Assembly (NCBI GenBank): GCA_964252035.1
Contig: OZ176201.1
Direction: 5' to 3' (one strand)
Length of the DNA stretch: 64,000 nucleotides
Source of the DNA: Podarcis erhardii
Taxonomy: Eukaryota
In this document: positions 49,187 through 62,942 of the stretch, piece after piece
How positions within the stretch are numbered: position 1 is the first letter of the stretch
Layout of the letters: each line of letters begins with the position of its first letter
Translations under genes and position numbers: made by a program
Notes under the pieces: model-generated
Told to the model about the DNA's origin: nothing
The model's input: the letters and a program-made list of their open reading frames with translations, nothing else
The model's database searches: none

Positions 49187-50487
49187 CCTGTTCTGGAAAC
49201 AAAAGGAGAATCCTGAGTGTGTGCTTTTCTGGTTGTCTACTTACATGGAAGGTGGAGAATGTGTTGTGGTTTCTATAGAGAGGTGTCCCAAGAGCTGCCA
49301 GTGGATGTGGAAGCTGTTTCCTGGAGAAACCTTAGGCTCTATCACTCCAGGATAAACTGAAACTAGCAGACTCACTGTCTTGGTAAGGTGTACTTTAAAA
49401 GTGTATTGCTGTATAAGCTTTTTTAAAAAATTGCTTTTATTTTCCCTGTGTTGAATGTATTTCCCACATCTCACATCGTCTCTGGCAATACAGTCTGAGC
49501 CCCAACCCATACAGAACTTACGTAGAACAGATACTGAAATCCTTGTATCAAAGTGTGTCATCACTGTTGTGGGCGCCTATTCTGCCATGTACAACTTCTT
49601 CCTCTGTTTCTGATTTTTAAAACAATTTATTTTTATATGCTTTGGTCTCCCATAGCAGGCTGAGCAGCAGTCATGTTATGAAACCAAAGTCACAACTCTA
49701 AGCTTTTTTTATTCAGCACAGAAGAATGTCCCAGCACAAGACAGTGTAACAGCATCACCATATGTCACACTGGGTTCCTCTTAGACCAAAGCAGGGGTTT
49801 AAACCTTGATTTCAGCCCAGGCATTCAGTATAAAGGTATGTGGAAATCTTGCAGCACAGAACGATGCATTGGTGAGCAAATTCCTCACCATATATAACTG
49901 GGCCAGTTTCCAGAGCAGGGACTAATATGACAATATAGTTCCAAACATTACATAACTCCCTGTGCTAAGAGCTGCCTCCCCAAAACTGTGTGTGGAGGGT
50001 GTTATTACACCTGTCACTACTTTAAATTAAGGGGTAGCAATAGCACCATAGCTTTCCAACCAGCTTCATTCTGACTGTCCTGAAAAATGGAAGGAGAAGT
50101 GGGTAGCACAGTGTGTCTTGCATGCAACCATCCCTATTGCTTTCTTTTAATCAAAGGCCATGAAGGATGCATGCATAGTTGATTCTGCCATGTTTCCACT
50201 CCCTCTCCCATCCGAGATGTGTTCTTCCTTAGCATCATATCTGATTGAAAAGTATTCCATGAGAGTGGTAGCAGGGAAATGCTGCTTGGCAGCTACCATG
50301 TACCAGATACTATCCATGTTCTCCCCGTCTATTAACTACCAGGGAAGCATTACACCTCTGCTTTTCATTGTACACTGGCTTTCACTTCTAAGTGCATTAA
50401 AGGCAACTGAAAGCCTCTAGCTTAAATAATTGGCTGCTTGGTTCAAATCAATATGAATAATCCAGCTCTCCCTTAACCCCTTAGGAT

Positions 50488-50926
50488 TGTCAGGACAGAG
50501 TGCTGCAGTGACCTTAGTCACCCCAACAGACAGATTTGCCTCTAAGGCAGTCTAGTGACAGCGTCCATTAGCCATCTTGTCTCCTGACCAGGCTGCGTAG
50601 TACACCTGTCTCCTCTACCTGATCTGATCTCTACCTTCACCTCCTGATCTGAGATACCGTCCCTCCTGCATACAACTCCTGATCCTAAAAATTGTGAAAT
50701 TTATTCAGAGTTCCCTCTATGATTGGACCCTTTGTGTGTTAAGTTCATGTCTCATCTCAAGTCACTTAGCCTTCCTTCAAGTTCTTCATTGTCATTCGCT
50801 CCCCAACTGTGAGCCTTACCTTCAGCATTGTAGCCTCAGGCCTCCCTATTCCTCAGATTCCTTGTATCTTGGGACTTCTACTACCACGTGTCCCGAAGAG
50901 AGGTTCTACTTTCCTCCAAACTGACA
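50488..50926. mobile_element. Possible solo LTR (439 bp)
   Basis: TGTCAG...CTGACA 6-bp inverted termini and a composition shift; no clean TSD (ggat vs acat). Confidence 0.35.
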
Positions 50927-53900
50927 ACATTCCCCTTCCTTACAGAAGTAGCAATGCAAGCTGTTTGGTTCCTTGAACAACTGGAATTGTATGCCGCCAC
51001 ATTAACCCAACCAATTAATGCCAGAGGTTTCACTGCCTAAAGCACAATATAATCAGTTTGGTTAAGCACTTGCAGTTTTTTTAATCTACTGATAGGTTCC
51101 CCAGTAAATTGGTTAGCAGACTGTGAGGGGAAAAGTGATACTTTTAATAATTAGCTTAGAACTGCAGGCAGCAAGCACCATTTTATAAGAAGCATTCTCC
51201 CTTATGACCAGAAAGAATGCTTCTTTTAAGATGCTTGATATCATGTATGTGTGCATCATCTTTAAAACAAAGCATGCTTTTTGCTTCAGGGATATTTTTT
51301 TTACAAATATGCAAATTTTCATTAATTGATTTAATCAAGTAAAACTTGTATAGCCAATTAGTTTACATTTATTTAATTGGGTTGCATTTGCAACTTTTGA
51401 ATCTTTCAAATTGATTCCTCCCTTTTGCCAGTACTCTTGATATTCTTTTTTTTGGAGTTGAGCCAACTATGTGTTCCTTTGAAAGGGCCTGCCTCACTAA
51501 TAAAGTTTGATGTTCCAGTAGGCAAAGATCTTATTCCTGTTAGAGGGTGGCTTTGTTTGGTAATTATTATACAAGCTGCCCTTTATTATGTTTGTTCCAA
51601 GAGGCATTGCATTCAACCTTTTATCAAATTATCTGTAGATGGGAATAAAACTCTTGAATGCCTTATCTTAAAGGGGCAAAGCCCATGAATTTTGCAGATT
51701 TAAATAGTTGAGAAGGGAGATCACAGGGAAATATGGAATTTTCTGTGAGATAGTTCAGGACCACATTTTTTTTCTGAAAAGGCTTAGTCTGCGCTATTTA
51801 CAGGTGTGGGGGCAGAGAAGTTACAGCATTATGTTTGTTTAGCCAGGGAGCATTATGCTCATTCTGTCCCTGCAATCAGATATTGATACAGCCTGTTTCA
51901 GACCATTTCCAATGGGTCTTTAATAACATTTTCACCCTCAATTGCACCGTAAAATGTTGGACATAATGTTTCCATTTTCTCCAATCTTCAAACAAAGGAA
52001 CAGACATAGGAAACTGACTTAGACTGAGACCATCTAGCTCAGTAGTGTTGTCTGCCAGGATAAACTTGGAACCTTTTGCAGGCAAAGCAGATGCTCTACC
52101 ACAAGCTAACATTGTGATATGAATGTTGCATTTTTTCTCATCTTGTTAAATGAAGTAAAAACAAGGGTGTTAACTGATGTAGAGTAGTGGTTCATGCTGC
52201 ATTGTGGCATGGTAGGAGACAAATGTTAATATCACACTCTAGCAACTTACATGATTAGCTATACTTGGAAATCAAACTCCTTAATGAGTCTGTGACAAGG
52301 TCTTGGGTTTTTTGCTAAGGCTTGTACTTTTTCAGAAATCTGAGAATACCCCTTCCCAGTTGTCCTGATGGAGATAAAGATCTTCAGTGAGCCCTTAGCT
52401 TAAGCCCTCTTCAACACTAAAAGACCCACATACTCAAGAGGCTCTGATCTTCTTTGGGTGCAGGAAATTTCATCAAGGATGCCACACTCCTGGAAGAGTA
52501 GAGTACTTCACCTGGGAGAAAAATTCCTTGTAGGCTGAAGCTAGAGGCTCGTAGACACAATACTGTACAAATTTCTGCTATAATCTACATTAATGGAATA
52601 AAAGATGAACATAAACCAAGGGACAAGGAATGACTTGCTTGGTCTACTCCACTGGAGTCAGGCCATTATGGCATTTGCAGCAGCTCTGAGACCCTGCAGG
52701 AGAAAGATGAAACAAAAACATGTTCATACTAATGGAGCCATGAGGCAGGAGATCTTGCAACAGCTTAAACATAGGCCAATTTGTTTTTAAAGTTTTAGGA
52801 ATTACTATTTTCTTCAGCACACCAAGGACAATATAAGGGTTGAGTGAATGAAATAGTTTCAAACAATTTAAGGCAATGCATGAATTTGTTAGTTCACTGT
52901 TGATACTTGGCTGTACAGAAGAGGATGAAGTTGGGTTTTGTAGAAAAGAGTTGAAATTGGCACAGCCTACTAAAATACAAGGTAAAGGTGCTAGCATGTA
53001 TGACTGGCACCACTGCTGGAACGCAATTCTAATCTAGTAATGTAAAACAATTATCAGAGTCTACACCGAAAGGATTAAAGTCAGGAAATCTGCCCCATAG
53101 AGAAAGCCACCAGTAGACTGATAATGTAAGTAAAGCAGGATTTTGTTTAGAAACAAAATACCAGTATCTGAGAGATTGCTTCATACTATGGCTCAAGCCT
53201 AGAGCATACTCAGAAGTTTAGGATCATAAGCAGGGCATCCAACAGCTCAAATCATGCCATGCCAACTAATGTATTCTTGGAAAGTCATAATCTAGAGTGT
53301 GTTACTTACCCAGGGCTGCTTAATAGTGCCTACAAAAGTGCCTTTGCTATGAGTATTAGCATCATGTGGTAGATGTTTTATTCTTGCCCTCAGCATTATT
53401 CTGTATGTGCAAGCTGGTGCGAATGAGACACTGGTAAAATCTATCTATTCAATTTGTCCTTTTTTAATAACAAGTGACTGTAAGCAGAATAACTATTTTT
53501 GCCTGTGGCAACGTTCATAAATCAAATTGCGCCATCAAGCAGTTATCCACTTTGTAGTTTAATCTTTTGTCAGTTCCTCTATTCTGACCTTCTGGTGTCC
53601 AATTTTTGAGTTTATGAAGGAAACCTAGTAACTATATTTTGAATGTCTAATGCAAGAAGCTGAGATGGTTCCAGTACTAGCTATGAAGCACCAAGCATTT
53701 TCAAATATGGTGGCAAAAAGGAACCCTCTCTGGTGTAGCTAAGTCCATAGCATTTTAGCTTTAGATGTTTATTAGCAATTGGAAATCCAGCTGTTATGCA
53801 AATATTACTTTTAATTATCAAATATTTATGGGTTAAAATCATAGAGTCAGAGGAGACCATCTCTCTGTTCTTCATATTTCTCTGAAAATTAAAAGGCAGA

Positions 53901-54759
53901 CACTTTGCCAAGGGCTTATGTTCAAGATAAAGTACAGTACTGATTGACTAAGTGTTGGTTCTAATTCAGAATAATCAGACATGGTGTAATATATATAGCT
54001 ATACATTATCAAAGGTGATAAGTGTTCAAAACACTTGGTTTCAATAATGTAATCTTGCAAGATAGGCTGATATTCATATATTACAACTGTAGCTCTGAGG
54101 TGAAGCAAGAGCCAAGGAGTGAATTCATGGCTGAGGTTAGAAACTGTGATATTGCAGCTTGCCGCTCACCGCTTCAGGCAACTCACTTTCCATTTGAATC
54201 TTGTTCAAACCAGAATCTCTCTTCAAATGCTTTCTCTTCTAGAAAAGAATACTGCATTGCAGCAACCATAACTTAAAAGTGTAATGGGATGGTGGCAAGA
54301 GGACTTTTACCTAACCTCTGATACCATCCTTCATGGAATAAAGTGGCCAAGCATTGTCTATATTCAAGGTGTTTGGTATTCTGAACCTCATCAGTGAAGA
54401 AGCACCAGCTTCCACGCTGGGGGGCATTGGTTTGCATAGCTCTGTTTTTACCACCTTTTCAGCAACTTTAGCCCTGTCTTCACATCCCGTTAGTGTATGT
54501 CAGTTAGGTCCAGTTTGATACGATGCAGGTGGTTGCACTGGCTCCACCAGTTGCATTGGCGGGCTGTCAAATCATTATTATTTTGTGTGTGGGTGAGAGG
54601 GAAATCTGACCTGATCTTCCTTTCTTTCTGTTTAGAAGAAACCGTTTATGTGCTCGATCGTACACTGATGTTTTTCACTGAGAGGAGCACAGTTGCTACA
54701 TCAAACTTTACATTTGGGGAAGCAGGCTACACCATGGTGTCGTGCCGCTCTTTGCTCTG

Positions 54760-56130
54760 TCCCCCTCATAAGGGACACGCCGCCATAGCAGTTCAGGCAA
54801 CTGACACTCGAGCTGTCCTGCCCCCTCGGTATTTAAATTCCGATGCCGCAGCTTGAAGACGTGGGGAAGGGAGACTATCCATAACAAGGCGCTGTAAAAT
54901 GGTAGTCGTTGTGCCTCCTGAGCTTCCGTAGCCCGTCATATTGGGAAGAAGTTGAATTCCTTCCAGTTTATCTCGTTGATTATTCCCCCGCCCTCAGTCC
55001 ACCCCCGTCCCCCGCGCGAGAGAGAGACGAACTAAGCTTCTCTCTTTCTGACCAATAGGAGCAGCTGGTTGGTCCCGCCTCCTGAAAGGTGCGCAACAAG
55101 AGAAAGCGGACGCGCTGCATACTTGGGGACAATGAGTACAAATTAGTGCCCGCCGTTGCGCCGCTCCTCATGAGTGATAACCGCTTAGACCCAATGACCT
55201 CTTGGAAATCTCTAGCTGGTGCTGTTATTCGCTGACGGAACATGATTGGCATCCGCAATTGCCTTATAGGTTAACCGAAGTGGTTCTGATCGATGCCTCC
55301 CGCCTCTAATGAAATACGAGGGCTCTAGGCCTCTGCTCCCAATAGCGTGCGAGGGGGGGCGGAACTAACCGCCGTAACCGCCAATGGCTGACCGGCTAGG
55401 TGAGCGAGCGCTGCCAACAGTGTCGGGAGGCGGGGCTAGCAAGCTGCCGTTGCCGTCTGGCGCAGGAGGTAACGGGTGTGAGGAGTGTGGTTTTGTAGTG
55501 GAGCCGCCACCGCCATCATGAGCTATTCAGGTGAGCGTCGGGGGCCGGGTGAGGGGGGGGGGGAGAGGGCGGCCGCCTGTCGGGCGTGAGGGTGGGGGGC
55601 CGGGTTCCTCCCACCCACCGCGAGTGGGCCAAAGGGAGCGCAGGGCCCGGCCCTGTGTCAACATCTCGGGGGGTGGGGTCAGCAGCGCTGCCTTTCCCTT
55701 CTCTCCTGGCAACGCTGGGCTGACCCCCGTTCCCCGCGGGGGTGGGTTGCTGAGGTGTTTGCCAGGCGTCGTTTTCCCGTTGCTCCCGCCAAATAAAGAA
55801 ATGGCGCGTGGGGGGCGGGGAGGTTCTTGGACGGTTTCAGGCTGTGCGCGCAGGGTGCGCCGCCCTCCTCAGCCGCCCGCCCCTCGTTGTGCGAATGGGA
55901 TCGGGGAAAGGTGAATGTCAGCTTTGCTCCTCTGCGCCCGCCGCCTCAGAATCGGGGTGGGAGGGATGAATCTTTGCGTCTCTGCCGTCTTTGCACACGC
56001 GCACCCCACTGCTTGGTATCTGCGAGCGGTTATAATAGGAGTGGGTGTGGGAAGGTGGCGCAGGAAGAAAAAAAAAGGGGGGGAACCTTCCCCCGTGTCC
56101 GATCGGTTATGGCTTCCCTTGGAATAACTG
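54760..56130 (+). promoter_or_regulatory. AKAP8L CpG-island promoter with five CCAAT boxes and GC boxes
   Basis: CpG-rich. CCAAT at 55052, 55191, 55339 and 55381; ATTGG at 55245; GGGCGG boxes. No TATA box seen near the first exon. Confidence 0.8.
55518..55530 (+). CDS. AKAP8L: AKAP8L first coding exon MSYS(G)
   Basis: gccgccaccgccatcATGagctattcag|gtgagc; human AKAP8L begins MSYTG with a very short first coding segment (recalled). Confidence 0.85.
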
Positions 56131-59100
56131 CCATTGTTTCCCCCTTGCTGAACCACCAACTAACACTCTTTGGGATTTAGAAAGGCTGTTTGCCAAAGAG
56201 GAGTTGCTTTCTAAATAAAATAAAATAAAAACGCGAATGTGGCATGTCCCCTTGAATCCTAGCTGCCCGCTGTTCGTTTAGGTTTATGCATGCGCGATGT
56301 TATACGGCTATCAGAACTTGCGGTGTCAACATTTGCCTTTCTAGCCCTTTTGTTATGTAAGTGTGGAACCAAATCCATTTCATAAAATATGAGGTAGTCT
56401 CTTCAGTATCAGTATGGTTGCCCAGCTACAGATGGAATTATATGCAAATAAAATAGTCTGGCACCTGTGCCCCAAGTGCGTGTTAGTGCATACTGAAGAC
56501 AAACATGACTGATTTTTGTCTGAAAACTTAAAAAAGCAAACCCAAACAGTTTGCTGGCTGCTTTGGACAGCTTTGGTGCACTTAGAAGTGATATAAATTC
56601 TTCCATGGATCACTTCCTAATTCCCATATGTGACAGATGCAGGTGGTATTCATTCCCTCAGCATGTACCATGGTCAATATTTTTATCAAAGGTAAAGGTA
56701 AAAATAGAGTATGGAGTTCTCTCTTAAAGGTAGTTCTTAACCTTTACCACCCACATAAGATAGTAGCTTCTCCCAGTTCTCACCTGAGATCTTTCCTTTC
56801 TCCTCCCAGCCACTCACTCTGGGAGACCAACATTTCCCTGATCAATGTTTTTCTAACTAACCTCAATTAGTCATATTTTTGGCTTCAAATGTTTGAGTAG
56901 GGACTTGATACTGGAATGTGAGAAGCATGGGTTCTGTCCAGCTGCATGTCTGGAGTTCTACTTGCACCATGGGACTTCCTCTCCCTCCACATCTTCATTA
57001 TCTACTCTGGAGCATCCTCTGGAGGAGGTTCTGAGGGTGGGGGGATTGCGGGGGAGAGGAGGGGGAAGTTCTGGTGTGCAAGCAGAAGTCTACTGTGCTA
57101 GTGAAATAGCAGTACTGGAAATACTGTAATACTATATTTCTGTGAAGTTTTGACACATTATCTTTGTTATGAAATAAAGATACTTTAGATTTTAATGATA
57201 TGCCTAATTTGATGATTATCTGAGGAGTTAATCACTCCTGTTTTGATTTCAAATGGGTTATGATAGTTAAATGGAAAATGTTATTAGTGAGCAAGGTGCC
57301 GGGCTTACTTTGCACCAGGAATTGAACACTAGGAATACAAATGGGTGAAAGCATATGTAGTGTGCTTCTCACTGTGAACAGAGTGCTCCTGAGTAAAAGC
57401 AGTCATCCCCTTACTTGAACAAATTAAGATTGTGGGCAAAAATGCTGAGCCACAATCACATACATACATACATCAAGTAAAGTCCATTGAACTCAATAGG
57501 TTTCTGAGATGTGCACTGTTAGTGGCCGTTTGTAGTGGCTATACAAGTTACTTGTACTGATTCTGATGTACTATAGGAGTTGTATTCTGTGTCCGCTAAA
57601 TGGCTACAAAAGTTCTTGTGCCTCACAATATTGCTGTGTCTTCTGGACAAGCGCAGGTCCCTTAAGGTCTAATTCATCTTTCAGTAAATATATTTTTGAT
57701 TAATTATACAAATCAAGTTGTTCAGAATTGTTGTATTTTTCATCTTTAGTAAAAGGACTGTGTGCTAGGTTTCAGAGGACTACTGTTTTGGTACTAGTTC
57801 AATCTCTTTATAGGAGATTGTAGCAGTGATACATGCTTTACAGCTAGCCGTTGTAGCTCTTTGCTCCTTGTGGACTTTGATTCCTTTTAGAAGGGTAGTG
57901 TTGGAGTTAAAAGGCCTTAAGCAGCAGTGTTCTGAATTAGTACCTAAATAGTAGTTATTGCTGCTTCAAGGTCAGTGCATTTTCATTTATAGTCTTGGTT
58001 TATGGAGAAGAGGGTGTCTGTTTATGTGCTCCTTCACACCTTCTGTGGGAATTCCCTATTATCCCCTTTTACCACAGTTCACTGTTATGTGATTGTTAGT
58101 GATTCTGCTAATGGATGTTCCAAGGAACTGTTAGGCGCTCCCTTAGTAACAGTTACAAAAAATAAATGAGGATAGAGAAGGGATGATGTGTGAGATGGGA
58201 GAGACAAGGAGCATGTGATCCTGTGGCCTACTCCTGATCTCTAAACTATAGTTGTACGTTACATATATACTGGCCTACAAATGATTACTCACTCCTTAAT
58301 ATTCCAAGCTAATGTAAATTAGCAATAATCCTTTTCTTATTTACTTCTGGTCAGAGTGCTTTGAAATGGAGATTTCACTGGATGCAGTTGAACTTGTAAT
58401 CCTTATGCTATTGATTTAAACAGGATTGATTCATGACATTATCATTGAGCCTATTTTTGTCTGTGTAGTAGTCCCCACCATTCGGGCAGGTGAAGCAGGT
58501 CTGAAGGGGATATTGATATATATTTTCAGCAATGTCCTTATGAATGCTAAGTAATTCTGTCTGAGCCTTACTATTATCAGACTACAATAAAGTAATTAAA
58601 AACAATTATCCTAGTGTTGTGCCAGTTTGAGAATTTTCATGCACATGAGTATATGTGTGCTGTAGAATGTGTAAGAGATTCATGACAGAAATGAAAGAGA
58701 AACTTTTAGATAAAGTTGGAATACTGAGGGCAATGTTGACAGGAGGCTGAGGGATGGAAAATGTGCATTTTAAATGGCTTAAACAACCTTTTATTAAGTG
58801 ATAGTTTTTTAATTTAATAAACTATAAATTGAAAAAGGAGATGCCATAGGTTACTAGTGGGATACATTCACAAGATGTTGCAGGCTGATAGGTCTCAATA
58901 GCTTTTTAATGTTTTTGCTATCTCAACATACCATACCACCCTTTCCTACCCCCCCCCCAATGCTGTCTATAAACATAGCCTGGGATTTCCTTTGAGTGGC
59001 AGTGCTTGCCATAGTTGTTCAAGTCTGTGTAACTCAAGGTTAGCCTATCATTATTAGCAGCAAGAGTACACACCAGATGAGAGGGTTCTACAAAATAATA

Positions 59101-59348
59101 TTGTAGACTGCAGGTTAGACCATGGGCAGTGCAGATAGCACATTCCATCTGTCCACAGATCAAAAATTGTCAATTACAAGCTGTCAGATGAAATGAAGTT
59201 AGGTCAATTTTTGTTAAACTTTTTTCTTGTGATTTAACTGTGAATATTCATGCCAGGTCTGCTTAGTATTTTGAATAGTACTTTGGGTAGAATGATAATA
59301 ACCTTATAACTAACATGATTTTTTACCTCTGGGGTATCTTCTTTCTAG

Positions 59349-59381
59349 GTTATGGAAACTGGAACTCTGGCACAAATAGAG
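59349..59381 (+). CDS. AKAP8L: AKAP8L 33-nt exon (G)YGNWNSGTNR(G) with GC donor
   Basis: Acceptor tctttctag|gt, donor AG|gcaagt; matches recalled human GYGTWNSGTNRG. Confidence 0.9.
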
Positions 59382-60865
59382 GCAAGTACCATAAAACCTT
59401 AGTTGACTGCCAATATGCATAACAGTTAAATCAAAAAGTAAATTCAGAACTAATGTTGAAATGTAACGGTTTTCACAGTTTTGGTATTTCCTCCTTTTAA
59501 TATCTTCTGGCACTCATGCTCCTTTTATCCATCAATATCGTTAAGTCAGAGTTTATGTTACAGTTTCTGGCCCTGTCAGTGAGACTACTGCGGATTCTTA
59601 CTTATGGCTGATATTTGATCATCTGTATGTTTAATTTGGGCATTAATTTATCTCCTTTCACCTCCTACATGCTAACAATCATATTCATGTTAACTCAGAA
59701 ATAGCCCAATTACTTCATTGAGATTTATCAGAAGAAATGTGCATAGCATTATAGCCAAATTCCGCTTGCTTGCTAGCTCTTTTCCAAATGTTCAAAGAAT
59801 AACAAAGCATCATGAACTTTCATAGGAATTTAGATATTTCAGCTGCAATACTATATAGAGTTTGGGGGGAGTATGCCCCACTAAATTACCGTAAATGGGA
59901 TTACTTCCGAATAACCATATTTAGGATCACACTGTTAAGCTGTAATTGTATAAACAGCAGGAATTCAACCCCTTGGAACAGAATGGGACGATTTCCAGTA
60001 AACATGTATAGGACGCAGTGTTAGTTTCAAATTATGAAGTGTGGGTTACAATGGAGTATATAAATCATGGAAGGCATGCTGGGGATCCAGTTCTGCATTG
60101 TATTCTGCAGTCCAATTACTATTGTAAATAGCTTTGGGATGCCTGATGGGAAGCAATTCATAAATGAAATAAATTATAAGTAGTCAGTACTATTAGCTTG
60201 AATAACTTTATTTTACTGGATGTGATGAATTTTCATTTCCACCCTTAATCAGTTTTAATTCTAAATTTGTGTCCTTACAGTATTGTGTGAAGATGAAATA
60301 TGGTGTCTTGCAATTAGGTTCTCTTCTTATTGACACTGTTGTGCCACTTGCTAGAATTTTTTAAGTGATTTGAGAATATTTTATTGGCTATCCACAAATT
60401 CAGCAGATTTCTTATGTAAATGACTAATTGTAGATGCTGGGGTAGGTGCTAAGTGTCTCTCCTGAAAACTCCCCCCCCCCCTAAAGAGAGGTGGATCATT
60501 ATCCAAGGTAAGATGTGTTGCTCATGGAGGCTGCCACCTTGGGCCTCTCTAGCAATCAGGATACACCTGATGGTATTGTTAATGGTGCTATAGTTGGAGG
60601 TAACACCAATGCTGTAGCAGCTGAGCCCTTTTGCAGATGAGATAAAAATGAAGGTTGACTTTAGCAGGAAATTTGCTATGTACTTTTTCCATAGGTAAGA
60701 AGTTTAATATTTGGTAGGAGTTCAGAAAATGTTTGTCCAGACATTTTAGACACAGCTATATCCTGAAGAGGAGCATTCTTGACGGTGATAATCTTGCATT
60801 AGATGCTTATGTATGGCAGGCAATCTATGCTTACCAAAAAATTCAGTGACTGCTTCTCATTTCAG

Positions 60866-61103
60866 GTTACGAGGACTATAATTATGGATATGGATACAGT
60901 CAGGATAACTCTGGCAATTATGGGTACGGTATGGCCACTTCAAACTCTTGGGAAATGCCTAATTCAGATACAGACATGAACTATAACGCATCCACTGGCA
61001 CCAGTGCTGATGTAATAACAAAATTTAACAAGCGCTTAGATATGGTGTCTCATCTAGAAACTGACACGATGCAAGGAGGACATTATGGCTCAGGTGGAGA
61101 CAG
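60866..61103 (+). CDS. AKAP8L: AKAP8L exon (G)YEDYNYGYGYSQDNSGNYGYGMATSNSWEMP...HLETDTMQGGHYGSGGD(R)
   Basis: Acceptor ttctcatttcag|gt, donor acag|gtgagt; 238 nt. YG-rich segment plus MATS-SWEMP and HLETD-MQGG-YGSGG match AKAP8L rather than AKAP8. Confidence 0.93.
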
Positions 61104-61341
61104 GTGAGTGTAGAGACAAAGGTGAAAAGGTTCAGTAATAGTTATAGATCAGGGCAGTTTCTGAAAGACATGTTGATCTAATGTGCTGTTGCCTAAGAGC
61201 TGTTCCCTTTGTTCTCCGACTGATAGTATTGCTCTTTGCTTCATATCTTTGCTGTTGCTTATAGAGCTGGGGGGTGGGGAGGAGACAGAATTAGCCAAGT
61301 TGTGCTTCCTCTGCCTTAGCTTTGAAAATAAGGTGCTTGTA

Positions 61342-61559
61342 CAGTGGTACCTCAGGTTACAGACGCTTCAGGTTACAGACTCCGCTAACCCAGAAATAGT
61401 ACCTCAGGTTAAGAACTTTGCTTCAGGATGAGAATGTAAATCGCCCCACAGCGGCAGCAGGAGGCTCCATTAGCTAAAGTGGTACCTCAGGTTAAGAACA
61501 GTTTCAGGTTAAGAACGGACCTCCAGAACGAATTAAGTTCTTAACCCAAGGTACCACTG
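61342..61559. mobile_element. Tc1/mariner-pogo-type MITE in an AKAP8L intron
   Basis: TA|CAGTGGTACCTCAGGTT...AACCCAAGGTACCACTG|TA. Confidence 0.92.
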
Positions 61560-62546
61560 TAAACATCTTTTAGTGAGGAAAGTTTGTTAATACTGTAACA
61601 GTTGATAAATTAATTGTAATGAAATATTCTGAAAGAATAGCAGGTTTTAGAAATCTCATATAGTTTTGGATAGGTCACTATTTTCACAGAGTGTATGTAA
61701 GGTACCATCAATGTTAATGGGATATGTGTTTAGTTGGTTACCATAACTTAAGATTTTGCTCCAGCCAACTGAAACAGAAAATAAGTAAATACAGAATTCT
61801 GTAGAATCTTTTCTCAGTACATTTCTCATCCCTAGAAGTCATTAATAAATTGCTTAAGTTATTGTTCATACATAAGGAAGTTAACTTTGGATTGTTGATG
61901 TGACTGGTGCTTATTGCTGTTAAGCAGGATATACGGTATAAAAAGATGTCAGAAGTATTTGCTTCACACTTATACCTGAGATTTTAACAGTTTTAGAGAC
62001 ATTGATTCCCAGACAGTTAGTGCACTTCACTAGAATGGCTATATTTAGGGTTTTATTGGTTGATAGTCCTGTTTCATGGATGCATTTCTAGAGGTCAGGT
62101 GAATGAACTATGTCTAAATAAATTGTATGTGTCATTCCCTCTGGGAAAGGTGTCAAGGGGTCACTGTATTATAACCCGTTTTGTGTACATTCATGCAGCT
62201 TAGTGGAATCAAAGCATAGTACTTAAACTGTAATGGGTAAATTATGCATAGCATTCTGTACTGCTTTTCTATGTGTTGTCACTGTTTGTTTACCAGGTTC
62301 TAAAAGTAGCTTACAGTATCATAGAGGATGTTAATATTTTTTATTTTAAAATACCTTCGCTACTCCTTAATATTTATCTTACTGATATTGTGTCAGTTTT
62401 TAATTTATGACATTTTCATAAAAATAGAAGATGCAGGAGATTTACAGAAATCCTTAAGGGATTACATAGTATCAAATGTGATTTTGGTAGTGTATGCTCT
62501 CTATTTGCACTCATTAAAACAGTATCTCTTGCCTAAGAAAGGTCAT

Positions 62547-62942
62547 TGTGATGGGATAGTGAGCTGCTTGTGCGTAAAAGCTTGATCCCTCTGGGGTTTG
62601 GCTGGTCATCCAAACCGATGCACTAACGGAGCCCCCAAAGCATGACTCCGTCAGTCGCTGGTAGAATCTGACAGTGGGCGTCTACGGAATTTACGCCAAC
62701 ATAAAAGCTCTTTGACAGACATGCGCTTTCGAGACTCTCTGCGTGACAGTTTCCGGCGAAGGGTGGGCGTTCCCAACGGGGGTCCCGTTACCTCTCCACT
62801 ACTCTCACTGGAAGCATCCCAGAGCCTCCCCTCCGCTGTGACTCCTGCACTCCCCCTGCTGGTTCCCTCTTCTACTGCAGATTCTCTCCTATTCTCCTGT
62901 AGCCTGTCCACCACCTGTCTCTCCGATGGCAGTTCCCTGACA
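62547..62942 (-). repeat. 3' LTR (about 396 bp, TGTCA...TCACA)
   Basis: Begins directly after the purine tract GGGGGGGAGGTGGA (62943-62956 on -). Ends at the TG/CA terminus where composition switches to AT-rich host intron. No AATAAA seen, so the outer boundary is less certain. Confidence 0.7.
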
